Below, piece by piece: positions 8,950-18,718 of a stretch of 64,000 nucleotides of DNA. Under the pieces are notes generated by a model. The model worked only from the letters and a program-made list of their open reading frames with translations. It was not told the origin of the DNA and did no database searches. The stretch's first letter is position 1; each line of letters begins with the position of its first letter. A program made the translations under genes and the position numbers. The stretch is from Calditrichales bacterium (GTDB lineage: Bacteria > Calditrichota > Calditrichia > Calditrichales > J004). The stretch spans positions 2,464,001-2,528,000 of the forward strand of contig OZ254086.1 in assembly GCA_965267575.1 (NCBI GenBank), read 5' to 3'.

Positions 8950-9819
8950 ATGGCGGGCCTTAGTACAGCATTGCTCGTGCTGGCGGCCTTTTTCTGGGGC
9001 TTATCCGGCGGGATCGGCGCCGTTCTGATAGCGGATGGCTGGGACGCGTTTGTCGTTTCGTTTTACCGTGGCGCGATCGGATTGCTGTTTGTTGCCGCCT
9101 GGCTGGCGCTGAGTCCGCGTGGCAGCGGATTGGCCAACGGCCGCTTGTGGTTCTGGTCGGCGGTTGCCGGGCTGGGTGTGGCAGGCAACTTTGCCTTCTA
9201 TTTTATCAGCATTGCCGAGGGCAGCGTGGCGGTGGCGGTTACGCTGATGTACTGCGCGCCGGTGTTCGTTTACCTCGTGTCGTTCCTGCTTAAGCTGGAA
9301 AAACCTTCCCCGTTTAAGTGGTCGGCGATCGTGATCGTGATGATTGGTATTGTATTGCTTACCCAGGTGTATGACATCGGCGGCGGCGATGTTACGGCGG
9401 TTGCCGTGGGCGCCGGGCTGCTTGCCGGAATGTCTTACGCCGTGTTCATTTTCGGTTTTAAATATGCCGCGCCGCACGGCAGCCCGCAGGCCATTCTGAT
9501 GATAGCGTTCGCCGTGCTTGCCGTCGTCCTCATCTGGCCGGCCGACAGCGGGCAGACCGTTGCCGCGCTGACCTCGCCGGGCTGGCCTTTGTTTGCCGCG
9601 CTGGGTGTGCTTGGCGCGGGACTGTCGTTTATCCTTTATGTTATCGGTCTTAGCCGCAGTACGCCGGCCGTGGCATCCATTGTGGCGATGGTCGAGCCGG
9701 TTACCGCCGCGCTGTTTGGCGTTGTGCTTTTGCATGAAAGCCTGGACAGCATACAGCTTTTGGGCATGGGGCTGATATTGTTTGCCGTGACCGGGCTTAG
9801 CGTGCATTCGAGTCCTTAG
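8950..9819 (+). CDS. EamA/DMT-family transporter
   Basis: About 10 TM segments in two repeats; FWGLSG and ASIVAMVEPVTA motifs. Confidence 0.9.
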   Translation: MAGLSTALLVLAAFFWGLSGGIGAVLIADGWDAFVVSFYRGAIGLLFVAAWLALSPRGSGLANGRLWFWSAVAGLGVAGNFAFYFISIAEGSVAVAVTLMYCAPVFVYLVSFLLKLEKPSPFKWSAIVIVMIGIVLLTQVYDIGGGDVTAVAVGAGLLAGMSYAVFIFGFKYAAPHGSPQAILMIAFAVLAVVLIWPADSGQTVAALTSPGWPLFAALGVLGAGLSFILYVIGLSRSTPAVASIVAMVEPVTAALFGVVLLHESLDSIQLLGMGLILFAVTGLSVHSSP

Positions 9820-9979
9820 CTGCCGGGCAGGGATGAGGTACCAGGGGCAAGCGCGATGCGGGCATCATTAATTTTTTAAAGGTTGTATGCCGGCGGTTGT
9901 ATAACAAAAATATCTTCATATCTTTATTAACATCTCCCCGCACGCAATGGTAAAGAATATCTTTACAACGGAGAAGAAT

Positions 9980-10429
9980 ATGACACAACGCGAAGCAAGA
10001 CCCGCCCTTATTTACCTTCTTTTGGCCTTGGTTTTTTTCCAGGGTGTCAGTGGCATCTTTGGTGGCATCGGCCTGGTGCTGGACCCGTCGGGCCGGGCGC
10101 TGCAGATTCCGCTCAAATGGCTGGCCGGCTCGCCTTTTGGCAATTATTTCATCCCGGGCATTATCCTGCTGTTTGTGCTGGGTATATACCCGCTGGTGGT
10201 TTTTTACGGTCTTTTCCGGCGATTGCCCTGGTCCTGGCCGGGAGCTTTGCTGCTGGGCATAGCCCTGCTGATCTGGATTGGTGTTGAGATTCTGGTTATC
10301 GGCTACCAGCCGCAACCGCCGCTGCAATTGATATACGGTTTGGTGGGAGTGCTTATTCTTGCCGTGGCCCTGCTGCCTGCCGTGCGGGGATTTTATAGGG
10401 CGGGGGAGCAAATTAATTCGGGCCATTAA
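9980..10429 (+). CDS. 4-TM hypothetical membrane protein
   Basis: GGAG RBS and ATG at 9980; GGIGLVLDPSG..L...L.GSPF..YFIPGIIL, WI.VE motifs. Its 3' end is duplicated downstream. Confidence 0.75.
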   Translation: MTQREARPALIYLLLALVFFQGVSGIFGGIGLVLDPSGRALQIPLKWLAGSPFGNYFIPGIILLFVLGIYPLVVFYGLFRRLPWSWPGALLLGIALLIWIGVEILVIGYQPQPPLQLIYGLVGVLILAVALLPAVRGFYRAGEQINSGH

Positions 10430-10608
10430 ACAATCCGTCATTAAATTTTTGAGAATCCCAGACTCCAACGTTTATATTCCCCTTAAGCTTGCCACCATAC
10501 TAAGGGGAAGAAATCATGTTTATTAAACACGCATTGCTCATTGGCTCCTTTTGTTTTCCCCATTTCCGGTTGCAGCAGTAACGGTGATGAGAGTTCAACG
10601 GGACCGGA
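10255..10608 (+). repeat. Direct repeat copy 1: 3' end of the membrane-protein gene, intergenic DNA and a frameshifted 5' stub of the 14129 lipoprotein gene
   Basis: Aligns by eye with 13897-14223 (GGATTGG.GTTGAGATT.TGGTTATCGG.TACCAGCCGCAACCGCCG; CGTTTATATT.C..TTAAGC..GCCACCATA; CATTTCCGGTTGCAGCAG; GGACCGGA). Confidence 0.85.
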
Positions 10609-10892
10609 AAGTCGGAGAGCCCCTGCAGTCGATCGCGCGGCCCATTTCATCTGTGGTCGAAAGCACGAATTGTTTGACGATGTTGACCTCCTTCCCGAAG
10701 CACAGGAAGCACATTGCCATAGTCTATGATGAATATGGCGGCCTTGATGGACTTGTTACCATGGAAGACCTGATGGAGACAGTTCTGGGCGATGAGATCA
10801 TCGATAAAACAGATCGGATTGTTGATTTACAGAAGGCCGCTCGTAAGTGCGAGTTTGATAGTAAAACCGGCGGAAAAGAGGATAAATTATGA
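10609..10892 (+). pseudogene. 3' fragment of a CNNM/CorC-type CBS-domain gene
   Basis: HIAIVYDEYGGLDGLVTMEDLMETVLGDEIIDKTD is a typical CBS-pair C-terminus; the N-terminal DUF21 and first CBS are missing and the fragment starts at the repeat edge. Confidence 0.75.
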
Positions 10893-11722
10893 GCTATGAA
10901 CAATTCCTTGCAGACCTGGGAAAACTACTGATTCAGTTTAAAGAAAACCTGATCGCATTTTTTCCGCAACTTGTTCTTGCGATCGTAATCGTCCTGGTCG
11001 GTATTATCGTTGGCCGTATCTTCCGGGCGTTGGTGAACCGTTTTATCGGGGGGCTGGACCGGTTCGTTGCCAACCGAAAAGTCCAGGGCAGGCTCCAACA
11101 ACTACAGCTGGAACGATCCGGCAAGCTGGTTGGAAAGATGGTCTATTGGATCATCATCGTCTTCTTTTTGACCGCTGCCACGGAAGTACTCGGTATGCCC
11201 ATCATCACCACCTGGCTGAGCGGGCTGGTGCGTTACTTACCCAATATCCTGATAGCCGTAATGATCGTCTTACTCGGCATCATAGGCGGCCGCCTGGTGA
11301 ATAATTTCATCACTACCACTTCGTCCACGGCAGGATTGTTGTATGGAAATATGCTGGGGAGGATCGCGCAGTATGTCATTATCCTGATAACCATTTTAGT
11401 GGCCGTGGACCAGATCGGAATCGAAATCGCAATACTAACCGGCGTGATCAATATCGTTATAGCAGCCATTCTATTTGGCGCGGCCCTCGCTTTCGGGTTG
11501 GGCGCCCGCACATCGGTTAACAACATTCTCGCATCCTATTACCTGCAGGGCCGCTACCGCGAGGGACAAACGGTGAAAATCGGAGATTTTACAGGCCAGA
11601 TTATTCAAATTACTCCCACTGCGGTCATCCTGCAGACAGAAGAAGGACAGGTATCCGTTCCTGCCAAGAAGTTTAGCGAAGATATCTCCACGTTAGTGAA
11701 ACGGGAAGGAGCCACAACATGA
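10889..11722 (+). CDS. Small-conductance mechanosensitive channel (MscS, CmpX-like TM-helix repeats)
   Basis: YLPNILIA TM-helix repeat, ALAFGLGA..SV.NILAS and GQ.VKIG..TG.I..I beta domain. Confidence 0.85.
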   Translation: MSYEQFLADLGKLLIQFKENLIAFFPQLVLAIVIVLVGIIVGRIFRALVNRFIGGLDRFVANRKVQGRLQQLQLERSGKLVGKMVYWIIIVFFLTAATEVLGMPIITTWLSGLVRYLPNILIAVMIVLLGIIGGRLVNNFITTTSSTAGLLYGNMLGRIAQYVIILITILVAVDQIGIEIAILTGVINIVIAAILFGAALAFGLGARTSVNNILASYYLQGRYREGQTVKIGDFTGQIIQITPTAVILQTEEGQVSVPAKKFSEDISTLVKREGATT

Positions 11723-12555
11723 ACAGCGACCTGCTCATACTGGAGAGTTTTATCAAACAGCACCCCGCGGATGTGGCGCGCATAGTGGAACGGCAGAAGG
11801 TCGAGGACAGCGCTGCACTGCTGCAGGAAATTCCTTTCGAGCTTGCCGTAGAAGTTTTTCGGCATCTGGAAAGCTACACGGCGGTGAGATGTCTTGAACT
11901 ACTGGATGCCGACCGAGCTGCGGCGATTGTTGAGAAGCTTCCTTTACAGGTAGTGGCTGTTTTTCTGCGCCAGGTTAACGAAGAGCTGCGAGAGACGATC
12001 CTCGGGTTGGTAGCAGAAGAAACCGCCATCCCCTTACGCAGAATACTGAGTTATCCTCAGGGCAGTGCCGGTGCTCTGGCCGACCCGCAAGTGCTTACAT
12101 TGCCGGACGACATTGCGGTCGAAGAGGCTTTAAGACGCGTTCAAAAACGCCCGGAGAATGCAATATATTATCTCTACCTTGTCAACCGGAACCAGGCGCT
12201 CAGCGGGGTTATTACTTTGCGCGAGTTGTTGTTGGCGCATTCCGGCGAGCCGCTTTCCGCGGTGATGTCTGCAGAGGTGCAGTGGTTACACGCAGACCTT
12301 GGTTTTCAGGCTATCATTAATCATTCCGCATGGCAGGAATATCACGCGCTGCCCGTGGTGGATAACAGCGGCATGCTGCTGGGCGTGGTTCGTTACGAGA
12401 CGCTGCGGCGGATTGAAAAGGACAGCAAAAAAGGCGTTTTGCCGCGCCACGCGTTAACCGCCAGTGCTTCGCTTGGCGAACTGTATAAGATTGGACTCTC
12501 GAGTCTGGTTCGCAGTGTCACGATGCCGGTGAAGGATCTTTTAGAAGAGAAATAA
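11719..12555 (+). CDS. MgtE intracellular N-domain plus CBS-pair protein lacking the membrane domain
   Basis: HPADVA, YP.GSAGAL and YYLYLV...LPVVD motifs; no TM region. Confidence 0.8.
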   Translation: MNSDLLILESFIKQHPADVARIVERQKVEDSAALLQEIPFELAVEVFRHLESYTAVRCLELLDADRAAAIVEKLPLQVVAVFLRQVNEELRETILGLVAEETAIPLRRILSYPQGSAGALADPQVLTLPDDIAVEEALRRVQKRPENAIYYLYLVNRNQALSGVITLRELLLAHSGEPLSAVMSAEVQWLHADLGFQAIINHSAWQEYHALPVVDNSGMLLGVVRYETLRRIEKDSKKGVLPRHALTASASLGELYKIGLSSLVRSVTMPVKDLLEEK

Positions 12556-12572
12556 AAAAAAGAGGCAGCCAA

Positions 12573-13889
12573 ATGCAAAAAACAGCTTCAATTGTTACCA
12601 GGTCTCTGATAGAGGGTTTCTTTCAGCTTTACCCGGGGGAAGCAGCGAGATTGCTGAATTCCTTTAAAACGCAAGAAATACTTAAGCATTTACAAGCGCA
12701 GCCAATCGACCGCGCCGCGCAAATCTATGCCCTTCTAAACACGGATATTGCAGCGAACCTGATCGGGAGCATGGAAAAAGAATTCTTCTTGCAGCTTTTT
12801 ACATCCATTGATCCGTCGCTGGCAGGCCGATTGCTGGCCCGCCTTGATGACAAGGTTGTCCGGGAACGGCTGTCGCTATTGCCGGAAAACATTGCCAAAG
12901 AAACAAGAACATTGATGCAATACCCACCGGGAACCGCCGGCCACCTGATGTATCGCCGGGTGTTGGCGTTCCATCCGGATGACAGCGTTGAAGACGCCCT
13001 GAAAATCGTGCGTGCCACCCGCGACCGCCGAATTATATACATCTATCTTGCAGACGAGGATGGAAAACTTGTGGGCATGCTGCCGCTTCAGGAGATTGTC
13101 GTAGCCCAACCGAATGACCGGCTTGGCGGGCTGATCCACACCCGGCCCGTGACAGTCCAGGCGATGTCCCCCCTGGAAGATGTGGTGCAGCTTTTGGAAG
13201 AACGCAAGCTGATCAGCCTGCCGGTTGTGGACATCGAGGGCAAGCTGCTGGGCATTATCCGCAATGATGCTCTGGTTAGCGCTGCCCGGGAAGACGCCAG
13301 CGAAGACTTACAGGCAATGTTTGGCGCCGGCCGGAATGAACGCGCCCTCTCAAAAGTCTCGTTTGCAGTTCGTAAGCGGCTTCCATGGCTTGAAATGAAC
13401 CTGGCAACGGCTTTCCTGGCCGCGGCGGTTGTCGGAATATTCGAGGATACCATTGCCAGAATTACGGTGCTGGCCGTATTCCTGCCGGTAGTTGCCGGAC
13501 AATCCGGCAATACGGGCTCCCAGGCCCTGGCGGTGACCATGCGCGGCCTGGCCCTGCGCGAGATTCGCACACGCCACTGGTTTCGCGTGGCGCGCAAGGA
13601 GATTATAGTCGGCAGCATAAACGGTTGTGCCGTCGCCCTGACCACCGCACTGATAGTGTTTTTTTGGGCCGGTTCCCTGAGCCTGGCTGCGGTGATCGCG
13701 GTAGCGATGGTGCTTTCTATGGCGATTGCAGGATTATCGGGTGCGGTTATCCCGATTATTCTTCAGGCCTTAGGCCAGGATCCGGCGCAATCCTCATCGA
13801 TTGTCCTGACCACTGTCACCGATGTAGTGGGTTTTCTTAGTTTCCTGGGGTTGGCCACACTGTTTGCGAACGTTATCAACCCCGGTTGA
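12573..13889 (+). CDS. mgtE: Magnesium transporter MgtE
   Basis: N-domain, CBS pair and TM domain with RLPWL, GNTGSQ, DPA.SS and TTVTDVVG. Confidence 0.92.
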   Translation: MQKTASIVTRSLIEGFFQLYPGEAARLLNSFKTQEILKHLQAQPIDRAAQIYALLNTDIAANLIGSMEKEFFLQLFTSIDPSLAGRLLARLDDKVVRERLSLLPENIAKETRTLMQYPPGTAGHLMYRRVLAFHPDDSVEDALKIVRATRDRRIIYIYLADEDGKLVGMLPLQEIVVAQPNDRLGGLIHTRPVTVQAMSPLEDVVQLLEERKLISLPVVDIEGKLLGIIRNDALVSAAREDASEDLQAMFGAGRNERALSKVSFAVRKRLPWLEMNLATAFLAAAVVGIFEDTIARITVLAVFLPVVAGQSGNTGSQALAVTMRGLALREIRTRHWFRVARKEIIVGSINGCAVALTTALIVFFWAGSLSLAAVIAVAMVLSMAIAGLSGAVIPIILQALGQDPAQSSSIVLTTVTDVVGFLSFLGLATLFANVINPG

Positions 13890-13896
13890 GACCGTG

Positions 13897-14223
13897 GGGC
13901 ATCGCCCTGCTTATCCGGATTGGCGTTGAGATTTTGGTTATCGGTTACCAGCCGCAACCGCCGTTGAGTTATAACCGCTTCGCGGTCCGTGTCTGCTGCG
14001 CGGGGTTTTATGGTTTGGCCGACATGAACGCGGGCGCAATAAAATAAATCTTGCCACAAAATTTTGAGTATAGCGGCCCTAAGCGTTTATATTGCCTTTA
14101 AGCACGCCACCATATAAGGGGAAAAATCATGTTAATCCAACGCCTATTGGTTACAGGTCTCCTTTTATTTTTCATCATTTCCGGTTGCAGCAGCACGGAT
14201 GATGATAATGCAACCGGACCGGA
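13897..14223 (+). repeat. Direct repeat copy 2: decayed 3' end of the membrane gene, intergenic DNA and the intact 5' end of the lipoprotein gene
   Basis: Homologous to 10255-10608; begins 7 nt after the mgtE stop. Confidence 0.85.
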
Positions 14224-14596
14224 GGACGGGCATCCCCCGGCTGAAATGATAGGCACGTGGATATTCCAGGCGGTAACGGTGGACAGTGTTCCCGCCAGCC
14301 TGGCGCTTGTAATGGAGTGGGTGCCGGATGCCGTGCAGGCCCGCTTCCATGTGGTGAATGATATCGGCTCTTTTGTTTATGAAGAGGTCAATCTTATGGG
14401 TGGCCAGCTCTACGCGGCATCGGGTTTTGTTTACGTGGAAGGCAACGAGATAGACATAAACCTGCTACAGGATCACGAGGGCAACGAACTAGATGAAACC
14501 ATCTTTATGACGTTTGCCCTTGAAGCCGATACGCTGACCCTGAACGAAACGGACCAGGGGCAGGCTATCACCTATACACTTTACAGGAAGCAATAA
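14129..14596 (+). CDS. Lipoprotein, lipocalin-like beta-barrel
   Basis: IISGC lipobox; 'EMIGTWIF' GxW motif; terminal beta-strands DTLTL...YTLYR. Confidence 0.7.
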   Translation: MLIQRLLVTGLLLFFIISGCSSTDDDNATGPEDGHPPAEMIGTWIFQAVTVDSVPASLALVMEWVPDAVQARFHVVNDIGSFVYEEVNLMGGQLYAASGFVYVEGNEIDINLLQDHEGNELDETIFMTFALEADTLTLNETDQGQAITYTLYRKQ

Positions 14597-14768
14597 AAGC
14601 CTGCTATATTTGCCGCATTCCTGTGATGGTTTTTGGGGGGCGGGTTTATCTTTGGTATTACTAGGAACGGATTTTAGCCCGCCTTATACTGCGATATATA
14701 TTTGAGCTTATTTAAAACCTGCAAACTACACGAAGCATCTCACATACACATAGGAGCGAAAACAAAAT

Positions 14769-14945
14769 ATGAAAAATGAAAAAACCGTCATTTTAGGCGC
14801 GGCATTTGGTGCAGCGTTTGGAAGTGTCATAGGCGTTCTGACAGATAACTTAGGTTTATGGATTAGTTTGGGCATTGCATTGGGTGCCGGCGTTGGTTTT
14901 ACGTTAGAGAAAAGGCAGAAAAAAGACAATGGCGATAAAAGCTAA
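14769..14945 (+). CDS. 58-aa glycine-zipper membrane protein (below the ORF-track cutoff)
   Basis: AGGAG RBS; MKNEKTVILGAAFGAAFGSVIGVLTDNLGLWISLGIALGAGVGFTLEKRQKKDNGDKS. Confidence 0.7.
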   Translation: MKNEKTVILGAAFGAAFGSVIGVLTDNLGLWISLGIALGAGVGFTLEKRQKKDNGDKS

Positions 14946-14951
14946 AATATA

Positions 14952-15041
14952 AGCCGCAACCGCCGCTGCAGCTTATTTATGGTTTGGTGGGACTGCAATA
15001 TTCTGTGTGGTGGCCTTGCTGCGTGCGTTCGGGGCTTTTAT
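14952..15041 (+). repeat. Direct repeat copy 3: decayed 3' end of the 9980-10429 gene
   Basis: AGCCGCAACCGCCGCTGCA..T.AT.TA.GGTTTGGTGGGA...GTGGCC.TGCTGC.TGC matches about 10308-10397. Confidence 0.8.
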
Positions 15042-15176
15042 GCTGGCGTATAGGAAATTAGATTTTTTTTTGCTTTATTTTTTAACGGGATGATTGTATA
15101 ATGTTCGAGACTGAAAGAGCAATGGAAAATTACCGCCCCCAAACAAACCATTTGAGGAAATGATGGAGACGAAACA

Positions 15177-18100
15177 ATGAGTGGTGCCGTTCTGGATAAT
15201 ATCGGTGATCAGCAAGAGCAGGAGGAGATCCTACTTCCTTCGCTTAAATGGCAAAAGAAGTGTGATATCGGAGTGATTTCCCATATAGTTCGCCCAGAGC
15301 ACGTCGAAAGAACTACCGCGCGTACAAACATTAAGGTCTCGCCGCGGATTGAGCAGCCTTTGCTCGTCCTGGAGTCGGGTGAGCGTATAGTCCTCACCAG
15401 GCGAAAAAAATGCCCCGTACCTGAAGGAGTTGATGGTGTCCTTCACGAGACGGATCCCGGCTCATTTTCCTGGCAGTTCCATCGCGATCTCGCCGGGCAG
15501 GACGACTCTACGCAATGGGAAGAAAAGAAATCACAGGTGGCGAAATCCTGGAGGAGTGGAATCCGGTACGCCTCAGAACAAGTGGATGCTGAGGGTAATC
15601 CGATACGGCCCGGACTCCGTTCGCCCCAGATTGGCGCCCTTCATTCCATCGGCGCACATTGGAGCCTGTATAGCACGCCGGCCACGATTGTTATGCCCAC
15701 CGGGACCGGGAAAACAGAGACTATGATTGCGGTGTTGGTCGGACAGGTAAGAGGAACGCTGCTTGTCGTCGTCCCCTCCTCACCGCTTCGCGAGCAAACC
15801 GTGAAAAAGTTTCTCACACTGGGTCTACTCAGGAAGCTCAGAGTCATTCCGGAAGATATGCCTAATCCGATCGTTGGTGTGATCAACAATCGTCCGCGTT
15901 CAGAAGCCGATCTTGATATCTTCGATATGTGTCATGTCGTGGTCTCGACAATGGCAGCCGTGAGCCAGGGTACTGCTACAGACCTTGTACCGAAGATTGC
16001 TGAGCGGTCCTCGTGCCTTGTCGTTGATGAGGCGCACCATGTGGGCGCAAAGAGCTGGGCTGCATTCAGAAAAGAATTTTATGCCACGCGGGTCCTGCAA
16101 TTCACAGCAACGCCGTTCAGACGTGACGGCGTGCTTGTAGACGGAGATGTGATCTACTCCTATCCGCTTCGGCGCGCTCAGGAAGATCAGTATTTCAAGC
16201 CGATAAGGTTTGATCCGGTCTGTGAAATTGAGCTGCAGAATGCTGATCGCTCCATTGCTGAGAAGGCGATCGCGCAGCTTGACACCGATTTGGATGCTGG
16301 GTTAGACCACCTGTTGATGGCGCGCTGCAACAAGATCCAAAGGGCGACACAGATTCGCACCCTTTATCAGGATCTGGCGCCAGAACACGAACCGATCCTA
16401 GTACACTCTGAAGATTCTTCGTCAGCTCGTCAGTTAGAACGACTATACAACCGCGATAGCCGCATTGTCGTTTGTGTCGAGATGCTTGGTGAAGGCTTCG
16501 ACCTGCCGCAACTCAAGATTGCCGCTATTCACGATACGCACAAGAGTCTGGCTGTCTTGCTCCAGTTCACAGGCCGTTTTACCCGCACGGCAGGTGACAA
16601 CATCGGGGCTGCGACAGTGATCGCGAACATCGCCGACCAAGATGTATCAGTGGGACTCGAAAGGCTCTATAGCGAGGATGCCGACTGGAACACGCTTCTT
16701 GCAGAGATGAGCTCAGATGCCGTTCGTGAGCATAGAGAGCTCGTCGAGTTTCTGTCTCAGTCGGTTTCTTTGGCAGATGAAGATGACGACGATGCGCTCA
16801 CATCGATTTCTCCGGCGTTACTCCGGCCAAAATTTAGTACCGTCGCGTACAGGGCCGGTGAATTTAATCCGCGTCGTTTCCACCGTGCAGTACCGACAGA
16901 CAGCGAGGTACACCGCGTGTGGCTCCATGAGGAATCCAGCACGCTTTATTATGTAACGAAAACAGAGCCGCCCGTACGCTGGACTCGAGCGCAATCGATC
17001 CAGGACCGTGAATGGCACTTGTATGTCGTTCACTATGATGCCGATCTCGGCTTGCTGTTCATCCACTCAAGCGACAAGTCCTCCCTGCATGAGAAACTCG
17101 CCAAAGAGGTCGGCGGAGCGAACGTCGCTTTGGTTCGTGGGGATTCTGTGTTCCGCACCCTTGCCGGTATCAACCGGCTTCAGTTTCAGAATGTCGGTGT
17201 CACCAAGCATGCGCGCCGCAATTTACGTTATGCGATGTACACTGGCGCGGACGTTCGCCAAGCGCTGGAGATCTCTCAAACCGCCGGTTCCACGAAGTCC
17301 GTGCTCCAGGGTACAGGCTACGAGAACGGTTTGCCGGTTGCGATCGGCTGCTCATTCAAAGGCCGTGTGTGGTCGAAGGAAGGTGGACCGATCGCCCATC
17401 TAACCAAGTGGTGCAAATGCGTTGGCTCGAAGCTCATCGATGACGCGATCAGTACAGATGAGATCCTTCAGAATGTATTGGTGCCAGAGGAGATTTCAAA
17501 GTTCCCTGAGGCAACGGTGCTTACCCTGGAATGGCCGCTGGAAATCCTCCAGCAGCAAGAGGACAAAGTCCAGCTCGTTCGGAGTGGTGTCGAAACCCCA
17601 TTGTCCTACTTTGATCTCCGTTTTGAAGATATTGGCGAGGACCGTCAAACCATGCGTTTTTGCCTCGTATTTGAAGGAGAGCGGTCAGGATATATCCTCC
17701 GCCTTGGTGTTGCCAACGCCTACGAGTTTGCGCACGTGGCCGGGCCAGCTCTCTCGATCGGCGTAGCACGCCGTGAACTACCACTGGCTGATTTCTTGAA
17801 TGACTATCCGCTCTTGGTTCGCTTCGCCGACCTTAGTGAACTGGATGGTCATTTGCTAATCAAGCCGGAGGAGGCAAAGGATCTGTCGTTTCCAGCAGAT
17901 AGATTCGATGTGTGGGATTGGGACGGTATCGACGTCACCAAAGAATCCCTCTGGCGGGATGGCGCGGTGCATGAAGACACTGTCCAGGCGCGCGCAGCCC
18001 GGTACTTCATTGACGCCGGCTATGGCGTCATTTTCGACGATGACGCTGCGGGTGAAGCTGCTGATCTGATCTGTTTTAAGATGGACGATGAGACCATTCA

Positions 18101-18479
18101 CTTTGCTCTCGTTCACTGCAAGTTCAGCGCCAATGTCGGTGGCGCTCGCCTTGAGGATGCCGTTGAAGTCTGCTCCCAGGCGGTGCGCTCAGGACGCTGG
18201 CTTTGGAAGTTTAAGGAACTATGTCGTCACATCGCGAAACGGGAGCAGCGCCTTCGGTCTGACATACGGCCGAGCCGTTTTCTGCACGGTGGCACGCACG
18301 AGATGGGCAGCATTCTCCGCGCAAGCCGATTCAAGGAGATCCAGGGACAGATTGTCATTGTACAGCCGGGGATTTCGCGCGAGAGGCATAGCGATCGTCA
18401 GGCAATGATCCTCGCGGCAGCGTACAATTTCCTGATGGATACAGTTGGCGTACCGTTGGACATAGTTTGCGCGGAGTAG
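15177..18479 (+). CDS. Superfamily-2 DEAH helicase (ResIII-like) fused to a putative PD-(D/E)xK-like nuclease domain
   Basis: MPTGTGKT, VDEAHH, FTATP, MLGEGFD and QFTGRFTR; C-terminal DDD..GEAADLI...LVHCKFS. Confidence 0.85.
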   Translation: MSGAVLDNIGDQQEQEEILLPSLKWQKKCDIGVISHIVRPEHVERTTARTNIKVSPRIEQPLLVLESGERIVLTRRKKCPVPEGVDGVLHETDPGSFSWQFHRDLAGQDDSTQWEEKKSQVAKSWRSGIRYASEQVDAEGNPIRPGLRSPQIGALHSIGAHWSLYSTPATIVMPTGTGKTETMIAVLVGQVRGTLLVVVPSSPLREQTVKKFLTLGLLRKLRVIPEDMPNPIVGVINNRPRSEADLDIFDMCHVVVSTMAAVSQGTATDLVPKIAERSSCLVVDEAHHVGAKSWAAFRKEFYATRVLQFTATPFRRDGVLVDGDVIYSYPLRRAQEDQYFKPIRFDPVCEIELQNADRSIAEKAIAQLDTDLDAGLDHLLMARCNKIQRATQIRTLYQDLAPEHEPILVHSEDSSSARQLERLYNRDSRIVVCVEMLGEGFDLPQLKIAAIHDTHKSLAVLLQFTGRFTRTAGDNIGAATVIANIADQDVSVGLERLYSEDADWNTLLAEMSSDAVREHRELVEFLSQSVSLADEDDDDALTSISPALLRPKFSTVAYRAGEFNPRRFHRAVPTDSEVHRVWLHEESSTLYYVTKTEPPVRWTRAQSIQDREWHLYVVHYDADLGLLFIHSSDKSSLHEKLAKEVGGANVALVRGDSVFRTLAGINRLQFQNVGVTKHARRNLRYAMYTGADVRQALEISQTAGSTKSVLQGTGYENGLPVAIGCSFKGRVWSKEGGPIAHLTKWCKCVGSKLIDDAISTDEILQNVLVPEEISKFPEATVLTLEWPLEILQQQEDKVQLVRSGVETPLSYFDLRFEDIGEDRQTMRFCLVFEGERSGYILRLGVANAYEFAHVAGPALSIGVARRELPLADFLNDYPLLVRFADLSELDGHLLIKPEEAKDLSFPADRFDVWDWDGIDVTKESLWRDGAVHEDTVQARAARYFIDAGYGVIFDDDAAGEAADLICFKMDDETIHFALVHCKFSANVGGARLEDAVEVCSQAVRSGRWLWKFKELCRHIAKREQRLRSDIRPSRFLHGGTHEMGSILRASRFKEIQGQIVIVQPGISRERHSDRQAMILAAAYNFLMDTVGVPLDIVCAE

Positions 18480-18718
18480 TAGACGAGAGAAATTTGATGG
18501 CACGATACGCATAACAGATTTCGGCACAGATCGACACAGTATCCATGCCTCCCTCAGAGCGTGAGGATTTTTGGAGAGGATTAGGGGAGTAATCATTTCG
18601 CTTTTAAAAAAAAGATGATTGCTCAGGCGGCTTTTTTTGGCTTCGACATATTAGGCTCGTTGAAATACCATATAGTGAAAAAATTAAGAAAGATAAACCA
18701 CGTTCTGGAGGAACTGAA

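Noticed and set aside
18509..18656. attC between the helicase and the ATPase
   Set aside because: GCATAAC looks like R'' but the L boxes do not pair, and no complementary GTTATGC precedes the helicase; at best a fragment.
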